Origin: Candidatus Bathyarchaeia archaeon
GTDB taxonomy: Bacteria; Hydrogenedentota; Hydrogenedentia; Hydrogenedentales; SLHB01
Length of the DNA stretch: 64,000 nucleotides
Direction: 5' to 3'
Assembly (NCBI GenBank): GCA_035530195.1
Contig: DATKVG010000160.1
Span: 9,830 to 73,829 of the forward strand
In this document: piece by piece, positions 47,318-57,200 of the stretch
Layout of the letters: each line of letters opens with the position of its first letter
Numbering within the stretch: position 1 is the stretch's first letter
Made by a program: the position numbers and the translations under genes
The notes under the pieces: model-generated
What the model was told of the DNA's origin: nothing
Databases searched by the model: none
Seen by the model: the letters and a program-made list of their open reading frames with translations, nothing else

Positions 47318-48952
47318 ATGCTGAAACCGTTCCTTTGCGCAATGCTAATCTGCGCGGCAGCCGGCGCCGCCGAGACAACCTATGACGTCGTCGTGTACGG
47401 CGGCACCTCGTCGGCCGTCATCACGGCCGTACAGGCCCGCCAGATGGGGAAAACAGTCGTCGTCGTATCGCCCGACAAACATCTCGGCGGACTCACCAGC
47501 GGCGGGCTCGGCTGGACCGATTCCGGCGACAAAAGCGTCATCGGCGGCCTCGCGCGCGGTTTTTACCACCGCATATGGCAGAAATACGTTCCCGACTCCG
47601 CCTGGCGGTGGCAGAGACGCGATGAGTTCGGCAACAAAGGCCAGGGCACGCCCGCCATCGACGGCAACGAACGGACGATGTGGGTCTTCGAGCCGCACGT
47701 GGCCGAGGAGGTGTTCGAAGATCTCGTGCGCGAGTTCGAGATCCCCGTGCACCGCGACGAGTGGCTCGACCGCAAGAGCGGCGTCCGCAAAAACGGAAAC
47801 CGCATCGAGTCCATCACGACGTTGGCCGGCCGCCAGTTCCGCGGGAAAATGTTCATCGACGCCACCTACGAAGGCGACCTGATGGCGGCCGCGGGGGTGA
47901 CGTACCGCGTGGGCCGCGAGGCCAACGCCGAGTACGGCGAGACCCTCAACGGCGTCCAAATCGCCAACGCCACAAAACACCAGTTCGAGCATTGCGTCGA
48001 TCCGTACGTCGTGCCTGGCGACCCATCGAGCGGCCTGTTGCCGCGCATCCACGGCGGAAGCCCGGGCGTCGACGGTGAGGCCGACAACCGCGTGCAGGCA
48101 TACAACTACCGCATGTGCCTGACGACGGCGCCTGAAAACCGCATCCCGTTTCCCAAGCCGGACAACTACGACCCGATCCAGTACGAGTTGCTCGCCCGCG
48201 ACATTGACGCCGGCTACCGCGGCATGACCGGCAAGTTTGACCTGATTCCCAACAACAAAACCGATACCAACAACTACGGGTCGTTCTCGACGGACAATAT
48301 CGGCATGAACTACGACTACCCCGAGGCGGACTACGAGCGCCGCCGCGAAATCCTGCGCGAGCACGAGAACTATCAAAAGGGTTATTTCTGGTTCCTGGCC
48401 AACGACCCGCGTGTCCCGCAGGACGCGCGCGACAAAATGAGCCCGTACGGCCTCGCCAAGGACGAGTTCCTCGACAACGGCGGGTGGCCGCACCAGATCT
48501 ACGTCCGCGAGGCGCGGCGGATGGTGGGCGAGTTCGTGATGACCGAGCGGCACCTCCGCCGGCAGAAACCCACGCCGAGGCCCGTCGGCATGGGCTCGTA
48601 CAACATGGATTCGCACAACGTCCAGCGCTATGTGGCGCGCGACGAGCAGGGCCGGGCCTGCGCGCGAAACGAAGGCGACGTCCAGGTCAGCCCCGGCGGG
48701 CCTTATCCAATTGACTACGGCGCACTGCTCCCCAAAGAATCCGAATGCGCCAACCTGCTTGTCCCCGTCTGCGTGTCATGCACGCACATCGCCTACGGCT
48801 CGGTGCGGATGGAGCCGGTGTTTATGATCCTCGGCCAATCCGCGGCCACCGCCGCGTCTATCGCCATCGACAACGGCGTTCCCGTGCAGCAGGTCGATTA
48901 CGAAAAGCTGGCCGAACGACTCATAGCAGACGGCCAGGTGCTGGGGAAGTAG
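47318..48952 (+). CDS. Secreted FAD-dependent oxidoreductase (PF12831-like)
   Basis: ATG 47318 follows an AAGGAG SD. It has a signal peptide, then YDVVVYGGTSSAVITAVQARQMGKTVVVVSPDKHLGGLTSGGLG (GxGxxG-type dinucleotide fold). Confidence 0.65.
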   Translation: MLKPFLCAMLICAAAGAAETTYDVVVYGGTSSAVITAVQARQMGKTVVVVSPDKHLGGLTSGGLGWTDSGDKSVIGGLARGFYHRIWQKYVPDSAWRWQRRDEFGNKGQGTPAIDGNERTMWVFEPHVAEEVFEDLVREFEIPVHRDEWLDRKSGVRKNGNRIESITTLAGRQFRGKMFIDATYEGDLMAAAGVTYRVGREANAEYGETLNGVQIANATKHQFEHCVDPYVVPGDPSSGLLPRIHGGSPGVDGEADNRVQAYNYRMCLTTAPENRIPFPKPDNYDPIQYELLARDIDAGYRGMTGKFDLIPNNKTDTNNYGSFSTDNIGMNYDYPEADYERRREILREHENYQKGYFWFLANDPRVPQDARDKMSPYGLAKDEFLDNGGWPHQIYVREARRMVGEFVMTERHLRRQKPTPRPVGMGSYNMDSHNVQRYVARDEQGRACARNEGDVQVSPGGPYPIDYGALLPKESECANLLVPVCVSCTHIAYGSVRMEPVFMILGQSAATAASIAIDNGVPVQQVDYEKLAERLIADGQVLGK

Positions 48953-49001
48953 CTTCATCCGTCCGATCAGTTTCGCCAGAAGCAGGCCCTGCTATAGGCG
49001 A

Positions 49002-50006
49002 CTACTTCCTCCGCCGTATCACATCCAGAAACACCGCGCCGAGTATCACGCCGCCCTTCACGACGTACTGCAGCGAGAAATGAACCCCCGCCTGGTTGAG
49101 TCCCTTGTCGAGGATGCCGATGATGACGGCCCCGATCAGCGTGCCGGGCATTGCCCCGATTCCGCCGCTGAAGCTCGTTCCCCCGACCACCACGGCGGCG
49201 ATCGCGTTCAGTTCAAACCCCACACCCGACGCCGGTTCCGCCGAATAAAGCTGCGAGGTATGTATCATCCCGGCCACGCCCGCCAGCAGCGAGCACACCA
49301 CGTACACAATCACCGTCGCCCGCGCCAGCGGGATCCCGCTCAGCCGCGCCGCCTCGCTGTTGCCCCCGATCCCGTACAGGTGCCGGCCGAACCGCGTGAA
49401 GTGCAGTACCACCGCCGGGATCGCGAACAGCACCAGCATCACCACCACCGGCACCGGCAACCAGCCGAACAGCCGGCCGTTGCCCAGCGCCAGGAACACC
49501 CCGTGCGACTCGTCGATCGCCATCGGCCGCCCTTCGTTGAATCCCAGCGCCGCGCCACGTGCCACCAGCATCGTCGCCAGCGTGATGATGAACGGCGGCA
49601 TCTTCGTCTTCGCCGCGAAGAAGCCGTTGAAGCCCCCGAACAGCGCCGCAACACCCAGTCCCGCCGCAAGCCCCGCCGGCAACACCCACGCCGCACCTTC
49701 CGGCGCGCGCGTAAACACAAAGACCGTCGTCGTCCCCACCAGCGCCACCAGCGCGCCGACCGACAAGTCGATCCCACCGATCAGGATCACCAGCGTCATT
49801 CCAAACGCGATGATGGCGTTTACCGAGATCTGCTGCGCGAGGTCAAGCAGGTTGTCCGGCGCCAGCAACGTCGGCACCCACAACCGGAACAGGCAAAGCA
49901 GCCCAACCACCGCCGCCACCAGCGGCCCATATTGTTTGCCCGCTCTCAGCAACTCAACACCCCAGCCAATGTTGTCTTTATTGTGGCACAGGCGTCTCAC
50001 CTGCAC
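49002..50006 (-). CDS. Sugar ABC transporter permease (RbsC/AraH family)
   Basis: Multi-TM protein with NLLDLAQQISVNAIIAFGMTLVILIGGIDLSVGA and GGTSFSGGIG. GTG start. Confidence 0.8.
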   Translation of the reverse strand: MQVRRLCHNKDNIGWGVELLRAGKQYGPLVAAVVGLLCLFRLWVPTLLAPDNLLDLAQQISVNAIIAFGMTLVILIGGIDLSVGALVALVGTTTVFVFTRAPEGAAWVLPAGLAAGLGVAALFGGFNGFFAAKTKMPPFIITLATMLVARGAALGFNEGRPMAIDESHGVFLALGNGRLFGWLPVPVVVMLVLFAIPAVVLHFTRFGRHLYGIGGNSEAARLSGIPLARATVIVYVVCSLLAGVAGMIHTSQLYSAEPASGVGFELNAIAAVVVGGTSFSGGIGAMPGTLIGAVIIGILDKGLNQAGVHFSLQYVVKGGVILGAVFLDVIRRRK

Positions 50007-50018
50007 ATCTTTATGCTA

Positions 50019-50972
50019 CTACGACTTTTTCTGCTGCATATAGGCGTCGGCATTCTCCGCCGCGATCAGCTCGACGCGGATCTTCACGTCTTTCTCGACC
50101 GGCTTGCCCTCAAGATGCTCGTACGCCTTTTCCGCGGCCACCTTCCCCATCTCGTATGGAAACTGCGCCGACGTCGAATGAAGTTTCCCTGCCTTGATGG
50201 CCGCCACGGCTTCCGCCGACCCGTCCACCGTCACGATGGTCACGTCGGCCAGTTTTCCCGCCGACTCGAGTGCGCTCACCGCGCCCAGCGCGCTCGGATC
50301 GTTGATCGGAAACACCGCATTGATCTCCGGGAAACGCCCCAGCAAGTCGCGCATCAGCGGCCGCGCGCCTTCCGCGGTGCCCTGGCCTTCCTGCGTGTCG
50401 AGGATCTTCATGTCGGGGTATTTGGCGATCTCTTCTGTGAACCCGGCGACCCGGTCGATGCACGCTTTGTTCACCGACCTGTGCAGGATCACGATGTTCG
50501 CGGGCCGCCGCACCTGCGCCAGCGCGCGCGCCGCCAGCCGCCCCGCCTCGACGTTGTCCGACGCCACCTGGCACAACACCAGTTCCGCGTCTTTCACCGG
50601 CGCGTCGACCACGATGCACGGCACGCCCTTGTCCCGCGCCTGGATCAGGCTCCCCTTGATGCCTTCCCAGTTCACCGGGTTGATGAACACCGCCGCAACG
50701 CCTTTCAGCAGCAGGTCGGAGATATCGTTTTTCTGTTTGAGGCTGTTGAACTGCGAGTCCAGCGTGATCAGCGTGTCCCCGTGCGCCTCGATAACGTCTT
50801 TCATCCCGTTGTTCAGGTCCACGAAAAACGGATTGTTCATCGTTTGAAACACTACGCCGAACGACCGCCCTTTCGTCTGGGCTTCCGCGGGCGGTTTCTC
50901 CGCCGGCGTGCAGCCAATCACCACGCACGCCGCCACGACGCAGCAGATTATCATTCCGCATAGAACTTTCAT
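50019..50972 (-). CDS. Sugar ABC transporter substrate-binding lipoprotein (RbsB-like, periplasmic binding protein type I)
   Basis: GGAGG SD and lipobox VVIGC. The pattern is FGVVFQTMNNPFFVDLNNG..VAAVFINPV..GVPCIVVD. Confidence 0.8.
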   Translation of the reverse strand: MKVLCGMIICCVVAACVVIGCTPAEKPPAEAQTKGRSFGVVFQTMNNPFFVDLNNGMKDVIEAHGDTLITLDSQFNSLKQKNDISDLLLKGVAAVFINPVNWEGIKGSLIQARDKGVPCIVVDAPVKDAELVLCQVASDNVEAGRLAARALAQVRRPANIVILHRSVNKACIDRVAGFTEEIAKYPDMKILDTQEGQGTAEGARPLMRDLLGRFPEINAVFPINDPSALGAVSALESAGKLADVTIVTVDGSAEAVAAIKAGKLHSTSAQFPYEMGKVAAEKAYEHLEGKPVEKDVKIRVELIAAENADAYMQQKKS

Positions 50973-51147
50973 GGCGCACCTCCATATATCACCCCGATAG
51001 CATGAAGTTTTCCCCCCGGCAAGTCAATTTGAAAGGCCGCGGGTAGCATCGCGGTGGGGTCGCGCTCCCGCGCGACCGTACAAGGCGCGGTTCTTCGACC
51101 CGGCGCCTACGTTGAAACGCCACCGTCCCCGGTTCCGATCCCGCCGC

Positions 51148-53544
51148 TCACTTGCCTCGCTGCAATTTCTCGAGCGCGTCAAGGATCTCGACCCGCGCCT
51201 TGTCCGCCGCTGTGGGCAATCCCGCCGGCTTCCACATGAAGAAGTGGTTGGCCTTGACGTCCGTGCCAACCCGCGCCGGCAATTCCTCGAGCAGCCGCGA
51301 CGCCTGCGCCCGCGCCTCCGCAGAACCCGCGCCCGAATCAACCGCCCTGCGCAGCATCAGCAGGTACTCATAATCTTCGATGCCCTCACGGCACGCCTCG
51401 AGATGTTTCCCCGGCGTCACACCCTTCGGGTCGATGAACAGCGGCGTGTACGCGGCCCGCGGCTGCGGGTATTCGTTCCACGACGGCCCGCCCGCCGCGT
51501 CCGCGAATGCCCAGAAATACGACGCGCCGGCCCCATACCGCCAGCAATCCCAGCCTTGCAGCCGGCAATACGCGTACGGGTCGAGCAGCCGCATCGGCCC
51601 GCTGCACGAATAAAACTCGAGTGCCTGCCCCGCGGGCCGGTTCAGGAACGCGGCCCGGTATGCGTCGTCGCCTTTTAAAAACATGGGGCGGTTCGGGCAG
51701 AGCACGTCGCACAACGACAGCATCTCCGTGCTCGCCGCAGCCGCGTCCTTGTGAATCGGGTCTTCCCACACCTTGATGCCCGCGCCCGACGCCCGCATCA
51801 CCCGAGCCCACGCGGCGATTGTCGCGTCATGCTCGGGCGCGCGCGGCTCATCGACCAGTAGCACCATCAACTGCCCCGGCTCGAGCTTGTTCTCCCTCAT
51901 CTTGCCCGCCCAGAACTTCGCCCAGTCCGCAACGGCCCGCTCGAACTCCGGCGTTCCCGCGGCCCACTGCTGAAAACGCCCGGCCACTGCCGCAAAGACA
52001 CAATACCTTCCCGCGCCCGGCCACAGCTCGAGCCAGCCGTCGAAATTGCCCGTGTCCGGCGGCTCGATCATCGCGCCGGTGGCGTCGTGTTTGCCGGACG
52101 GCATCGCGGCCGAAGTGGCCCACGGCGAATCCACAAAATGCTCGCGCAAATGCCGGATCAGCGCGGGCTTGTTCTCCGCCGTTACCTCGTAATGGGCCTC
52201 AACGTTCGTGTAATCCCAGCCGCCGAAATGCAGCGCCGGCCGATCCGGAAACCTTATCGGGTACACGTGCAGCCGCAGCGGGATCTCGACGTCGTTCACC
52301 CGCACCGCGCCCTCGTACACGCCCGGCTCGATGTCGCGCGGATTGAACGTAAGCCATACCTGCCGCACCAGACCCGCATGCATCGAGACGGCGTAGCGGC
52401 CGCCTTCCACCGGCGCGGGAAGCAGCGCCGCCGCAACCGGTTTGCCCTCGCGGGTGTCGGTCCACGCCACTTCGCGCACCTCGATGTACGGCGGGTTGTC
52501 GCCGCCCGGCAAGCCGGAAATCACCACTTCCACTTTCACGCACGCTTCGGCCGTGGCGATGTTCAACACTGCCGCGCGGTATTCGTTCAGCATCATACTC
52601 ACTTCAATCGCCGATGACGCCGTATCCGCCGCCGGCTCCGGCAACCCCGGCGTCAACTCCATCGGATCCCACGGCCCCGCCGCCCATAGTTTCAATCCCG
52701 TCACGCCTTTCTCGCGCCAAACGCGGGCAAGCGCATCGAATACGCGTGCGTGCAACGCGTTGATCGGCAGAATCGTCTTGAACTCCGGCCCGTACTCGAC
52801 CGGCAACGCCTCCAACTCGGCCACGACCGCGTCAAGCTGGGCCGCCACTTCCTTACCCGCCCCTTCAGGCAGCCCCGCTGCCGCGGCACGAACTGATTCG
52901 ACATCCCTCGTAATGCGCCGCTTCACGCCTTCGTGCGTGATCAGGTTTTTCATCCAAGCCGACACATCCGGCTCGCCACGCCCCGGCAGCGGCTCGCTCA
53001 GCCACGCGTCCTTACCCTTCAACACCTCAATCTCATCGCAAAAGATAAACGGCTCGCCTTTAACAACCAGCGCCAGTTTCCGCCCGTGCGTTCGCAGCGC
53101 GTCCGTCTGGAACTTGTGCGTCGCATAACCCTCCGTGGGCGGTGCTCCCGCGCCGGCGCTCAATGCAACAAGATCGCCGACGTAATGGAACGGGCCGTCG
53201 TCGCCGGCAACAAGCAGCGCGATCGATTGCGGCCATTTCACCCCCGCCACGCCCGCCGCCGTGCTCAAACTCACCCCGCCGATCGGCCTGTCCGCGCCAA
53301 GGTCCAGCGTAACCACCACGATGGCCCCGCCGCTCCAGCCCACCGTACCCGGCTGCGTCCAGAAATGCCCCGACACGTACTGCCCGTCGGTAAGTTGCGC
53401 CGCGTCCCCGGCATCCAGGCAATGCTCATAATTCGGAGCCGGCTCCAGCGTATACGCCGTGTTCAGCGCAATATTCTCCGCCGCCGCCGCCGGCAACGCC
53501 GAAATAACCAATGCGGCAACCGCCATTAAAGTAACCCGCTTCAT
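51148..53544 (-). CDS. Secreted protein with a discoidin/F5-8-type-C-like N-terminal domain and a DUF4091-like (GH123-related) C-terminal region
   Basis: I prefer ATG 53544 (MKRVTLMAVAALVISALPAAAA). The N-terminus has ENIALNTAYTLEP..LTDGQ..VVTLDLGADRPIGGVSL. The C-terminus has LLVDEP..DVLCPNR..EACREGIEDYEYL. It is a paralogue of 62266..64000. Confidence 0.45.
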   Translation of the reverse strand: MKRVTLMAVAALVISALPAAAAENIALNTAYTLEPAPNYEHCLDAGDAAQLTDGQYVSGHFWTQPGTVGWSGGAIVVVTLDLGADRPIGGVSLSTAAGVAGVKWPQSIALLVAGDDGPFHYVGDLVALSAGAGAPPTEGYATHKFQTDALRTHGRKLALVVKGEPFIFCDEIEVLKGKDAWLSEPLPGRGEPDVSAWMKNLITHEGVKRRITRDVESVRAAAAGLPEGAGKEVAAQLDAVVAELEALPVEYGPEFKTILPINALHARVFDALARVWREKGVTGLKLWAAGPWDPMELTPGLPEPAADTASSAIEVSMMLNEYRAAVLNIATAEACVKVEVVISGLPGGDNPPYIEVREVAWTDTREGKPVAAALLPAPVEGGRYAVSMHAGLVRQVWLTFNPRDIEPGVYEGAVRVNDVEIPLRLHVYPIRFPDRPALHFGGWDYTNVEAHYEVTAENKPALIRHLREHFVDSPWATSAAMPSGKHDATGAMIEPPDTGNFDGWLELWPGAGRYCVFAAVAGRFQQWAAGTPEFERAVADWAKFWAGKMRENKLEPGQLMVLLVDEPRAPEHDATIAAWARVMRASGAGIKVWEDPIHKDAAAASTEMLSLCDVLCPNRPMFLKGDDAYRAAFLNRPAGQALEFYSCSGPMRLLDPYAYCRLQGWDCWRYGAGASYFWAFADAAGGPSWNEYPQPRAAYTPLFIDPKGVTPGKHLEACREGIEDYEYLLMLRRAVDSGAGSAEARAQASRLLEELPARVGTDVKANHFFMWKPAGLPTAADKARVEILDALEKLQRGK

Positions 53545-53633
53545 CCCGCGTCTCCCTCTATGTAGTTTCTCCGTACTACTATCCGTCAATTTCCTGCAAT
53601 TCTTCGCAGAAAATGAACGCCGGCCCCGGATCA

Positions 53634-54164
53634 AAGCCTGTCATCCTAAGCGACCAAGCCCTGTCGCCAGGGCTTTTTTGTGGCAGAAAACCAAGATCAA
53701 AACATGTCATCCAAAGCCCGCCCCAAAGCCTGTCATCCTGAGCCCTGCCAGCCACTGGCTAAGGCTTTTGTTCATGGTCCTTTATGGCAGGGCGTGAGGA
53801 TCCCCTCGCTCGGAACCAGTGGCGTCCCAAGAGGTCTCGCCAAAACGTGTTCTTAGGAGCCCGTCCAGACACTGGCTATCATTTCTAACTCGGGGCGTTC
53901 CAATGGGCGGGCGTGAGGATCCCCTCGGTTGCAACCAGTGGCGTTCCGATCAGTGCTCATTAAGTTCATGCCCGCAACAATACCGGGGGGATTCTGCCGA
54001 CCGCGGAGACGCGGTCGGACGTCGCGGTGGACTCGGGCTCTTGCATTAAAAGTAGAAGCCATGTGCCAGTGCTCCTCGGAATGACACCTTCGGGTGCCTT
54101 TTGGTTGCGGCTACGCCGCGCCGTGTTCTCCGTGGTTTAAGAAAATCGACCACGGAGAACACGG
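53634..54164. repeat. Cluster of direct and inverted repeats inside a 697-bp gene-free region
   Basis: AAAGCCTGTCATCCTRAGC occurs at 53634-53652 and 53725-53744. A ~42-bp direct repeat occurs at 53787-53828 and 53906-53947. A hairpin is at 53997-54018. A perfect 15-bp inverted repeat is CCGTGTTCTCCGTGG 54121-54135 / 54150-54164. Confidence 0.85.
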
Positions 54165-54240
54165 AGAATCAAAATTGTGGTGCAGGCACTTGCCACGGCG
54201 TAATTGCGGCAGCAATGAAGCCGGGTCCCGCCTGCACGTG

Positions 54241-57200
54241 TTAAAACTTCACGGTAACCTCCAGAACATCGCCCTTTTTCAGCACCACGGGCTCCTCCAA
54301 CTTGACCGCAAGTTTCGACGGCCCTGCCGCGGGCGCCGCCGTTGCGAGTTTCTTGCCGGAGCCGTTGCGCGTGACCGTCACGCCTGTTGGCGCCTTACCC
54401 ACCGGCGTCTCAAACGCAAGCTGCGCCACCTTCAACTGGCCGCCACGCATCTCGATCCGGTCTGTCTGCCCGGACGGATCCTGTTTCTGCGTAAACAGCC
54501 CGTAGCCTTCCGCGGCGGTGAACATCGAGACGTGATCGTCCGGCCGCCAAACCGGCGCAAACCCGATCCGGCCCGCCGGCCCGTCGTACGAAGACCCCTG
54601 CGCCGCCAGCAGCAGCGACCACACGCTCATCGCACGCGCATAAAACTTCCCGCATTCCTCGTCGATGAACGGGCTGCCGCTGTAGCCCCACGACGTGTAA
54701 CTGCCGCCCGTCAGCCCGATCCGCATCCGGCCGTCATACCGGTCGTACGCCGCCTTCACAATCATCAGGCCCTCGTTCATCAGGCCCGCCTGCATCATCG
54801 CCGCCGCCGCCGAATACTCCGTCCCGGTCCACACCTCGTCCGCATACAGCGTAAACGGCTGCGGCCGATCCGACTCTCTCGGCCACTGGATCATCTGCAG
54901 GCCCGCGTCGTCGTCGTGCACGAACTTGCGCGGCGCCTGCACAATGCCCCGGTAGTTGTCGTGGAAGTTGTAATGGATCAGCGCACGCATCGCCGACTGC
55001 ACCCGGTCCACCGGATAGATCCAGCCCAGGTCAAGCTGGTTGGCCCACCACTGCCCCAGCACCTGATCAATGCTGCAGCCGTTGGCATAATCATGCTGCG
55101 GCGACGCATCCTGGATCTGAATATAGTACTCGCCGTTGTACAGCGTCTCGTTCTGGATTTTCGCACCGGCGTCTGCCACACGGCTGAACCGCCCCTGCGC
55201 TTCCGCGTCCCCTTGCAATCCCGCCATCACGGCCGAAGCGCGCAGCGCCGCTACGTACATTGTCCCCAGCCACGACGTGCTCCCGCTGACGTTCACGTCC
55301 AGCGTGTTGTGCTGCACGCCCGATAGCGCGCCGTTCTCGTCGGCGTCCCACTGGGTGATCGTGAATTCCATCGCTTTCTTCACGCGTGGCCACTGCGGTT
55401 TCAGCCACTCGCCGTCCGCGCTCAACAAATACTCGCGGTATACGGCCAGGATTTCGCCGCACTGCGCGTCCACCGCCTTGATAGACTTCGGCTGGCGGAA
55501 CGGCAGCGCACCATCCGGCTCCTGCACCGACAGCGCCTCCTCGCGCATCAGCCGCCCTATCTCGGGAAACAGCCGCGCGTGCGACTGCGCGTATTGCCAA
55601 ACGTGCCCGCAGTTGCCGTGACAGCAGCCTTCCGCCGGGTTGCACCCTTCCCAGCCGCCGAAATACCCGTCCTTGGCCCAGAAACACGTCGGCGACCGCA
55701 GCACCGCCATTTGCGAAGTGACCCGGTCAAGCAGGTAGCGAGGGAGGTTCGACGCGTACATCGTGTCGTGATACGCCCGCGTCTCATCAGTCAATTCGGC
55801 CAGCCGCTTGCTCACGTCCCGGACAACCGCACACGCGTCCTCGTACCAATTCGCATACATGTTGCCCGTCGGGTTCCACTTCTCCTTGATGTTGCCGTGC
55901 GTCACGTTCGGGAAATGCCAGCCCAGCACAAACGTCACCCGTTCCGACTTCCCCGGTGCCACCGTCAGCGAACTCACTACCGCGCCCGCAACAGTCTCCC
56001 CGTCCTTGGATGGGCCGGCCGTGCGAGGCCCGCCCGACGCTCCATCCTTCAAGAAGACGTCGTATGCCGCGTCGGGCTGCGGCCAATCCGCCGAACCCGT
56101 CGCTTTCCCATTGAGAACCGCCAGCGCCATGTCGCCGTTGCCGGCCGTCTCCTTCGGGCGATCAGCCGTCATATGCAGTGCTTGCCCGTTCTTGATCTTG
56201 ACTATCCGGTTGACGTTCTTGCCAAACCCCGCGTGGGCTCGCCCATCGATTTCTTTTTTGCCCGCAAAACCAACCGCATTCAACTGCGCCGCCAGCAGAT
56301 CCACCTCTACCGGCTCGTTTCCCGTATTCGTCACCGTGACGTTCGATATCACGCACGGAATCGCCGAGTCGCGCGCATCCAGCGGCACGAGCGGGTTGAA
56401 AACCTCCAGGCTCACCTTCACCGGCAGTTGGCTGTCGATGAAGTCAAACCACCCAAAAGGATACTCGCCCCGGAACTGTAATGTTTCCATACTGGAAAAC
56501 TTGCCCACGGCGGCCGTCTGCAGCGCCCGCACAACCGGCTCCTGTCCTTTCACCTGCGCCCGCACCGCCATGTAGCTCTCCGGCACGCGCACCCAATTGT
56601 AGTTGTTGAAAATCTGCCACACGTGCGGTTCCGCGTTCCCGTTGTAATGGATCACGCCCGTGCCGATCCCACCCACCGGCAGGCTGATCGCGGCCAGATG
56701 GTCGCCTTCATAGACGCGCGTCTCGCCACGCGCCGTCAGCGCTAAATCGTTCAGCCGCTCGACCACCTTCGCCGCGTCTTCTTTCCGGCGCTCGTCGATC
56801 TTCTTCTGCTTTTCCTCCAGCCGTTGCTCGAGCGCCTCGACCACCGCCACGCGCCGCTCCTTCCATCCCACCGCATCCACCAGCCCCGCAACTTCCTCGG
56901 CCGGCAATGGCCGGTCAAAGATGATCAACTCGTCAATCGCGCCCGTGAACTTCTCTTCGCCCGCCGGCGACGACGCCCCTATCATCAGCGGCAGGTTTTT
57001 CGCCTCGCGCCGCGGCAGCCCGCCGATACTGGCGCATTGCACCCCGTCAATGTAGATGCGCGTCATAGACGTGTCCGCCGTCGCGCAGAAATGATGCCAC
57101 TCGCCCGGCTGGATCGGACCCAGCGGCGGGTCTGCCGTCACCAACCCTTGCCCGTTCCACAACGCAACACCGCCGCTCCCTTTCATCACGTGGATGCTGA

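Noticed and set aside
53459-54062. Small ORFs in the 697-bp gene-free region: 53459..53797(+), 53819..54049(+) and 53853..54062(-)
   Set aside because: None has an SD sequence. Their composition is driven by the repeats they span, and they overlap one another. They show no recognisable motifs.
54083-54104. Plus-strand hairpin CACC-TTCG-GGTG followed by CTTTTGG, as a terminator of a hypothetical sRNA
   Set aside because: The stem is only 4-5 bp and the U-tract is short. No plus-strand promoter or gene is evident upstream. It is noted only as part of the repeat-rich region.
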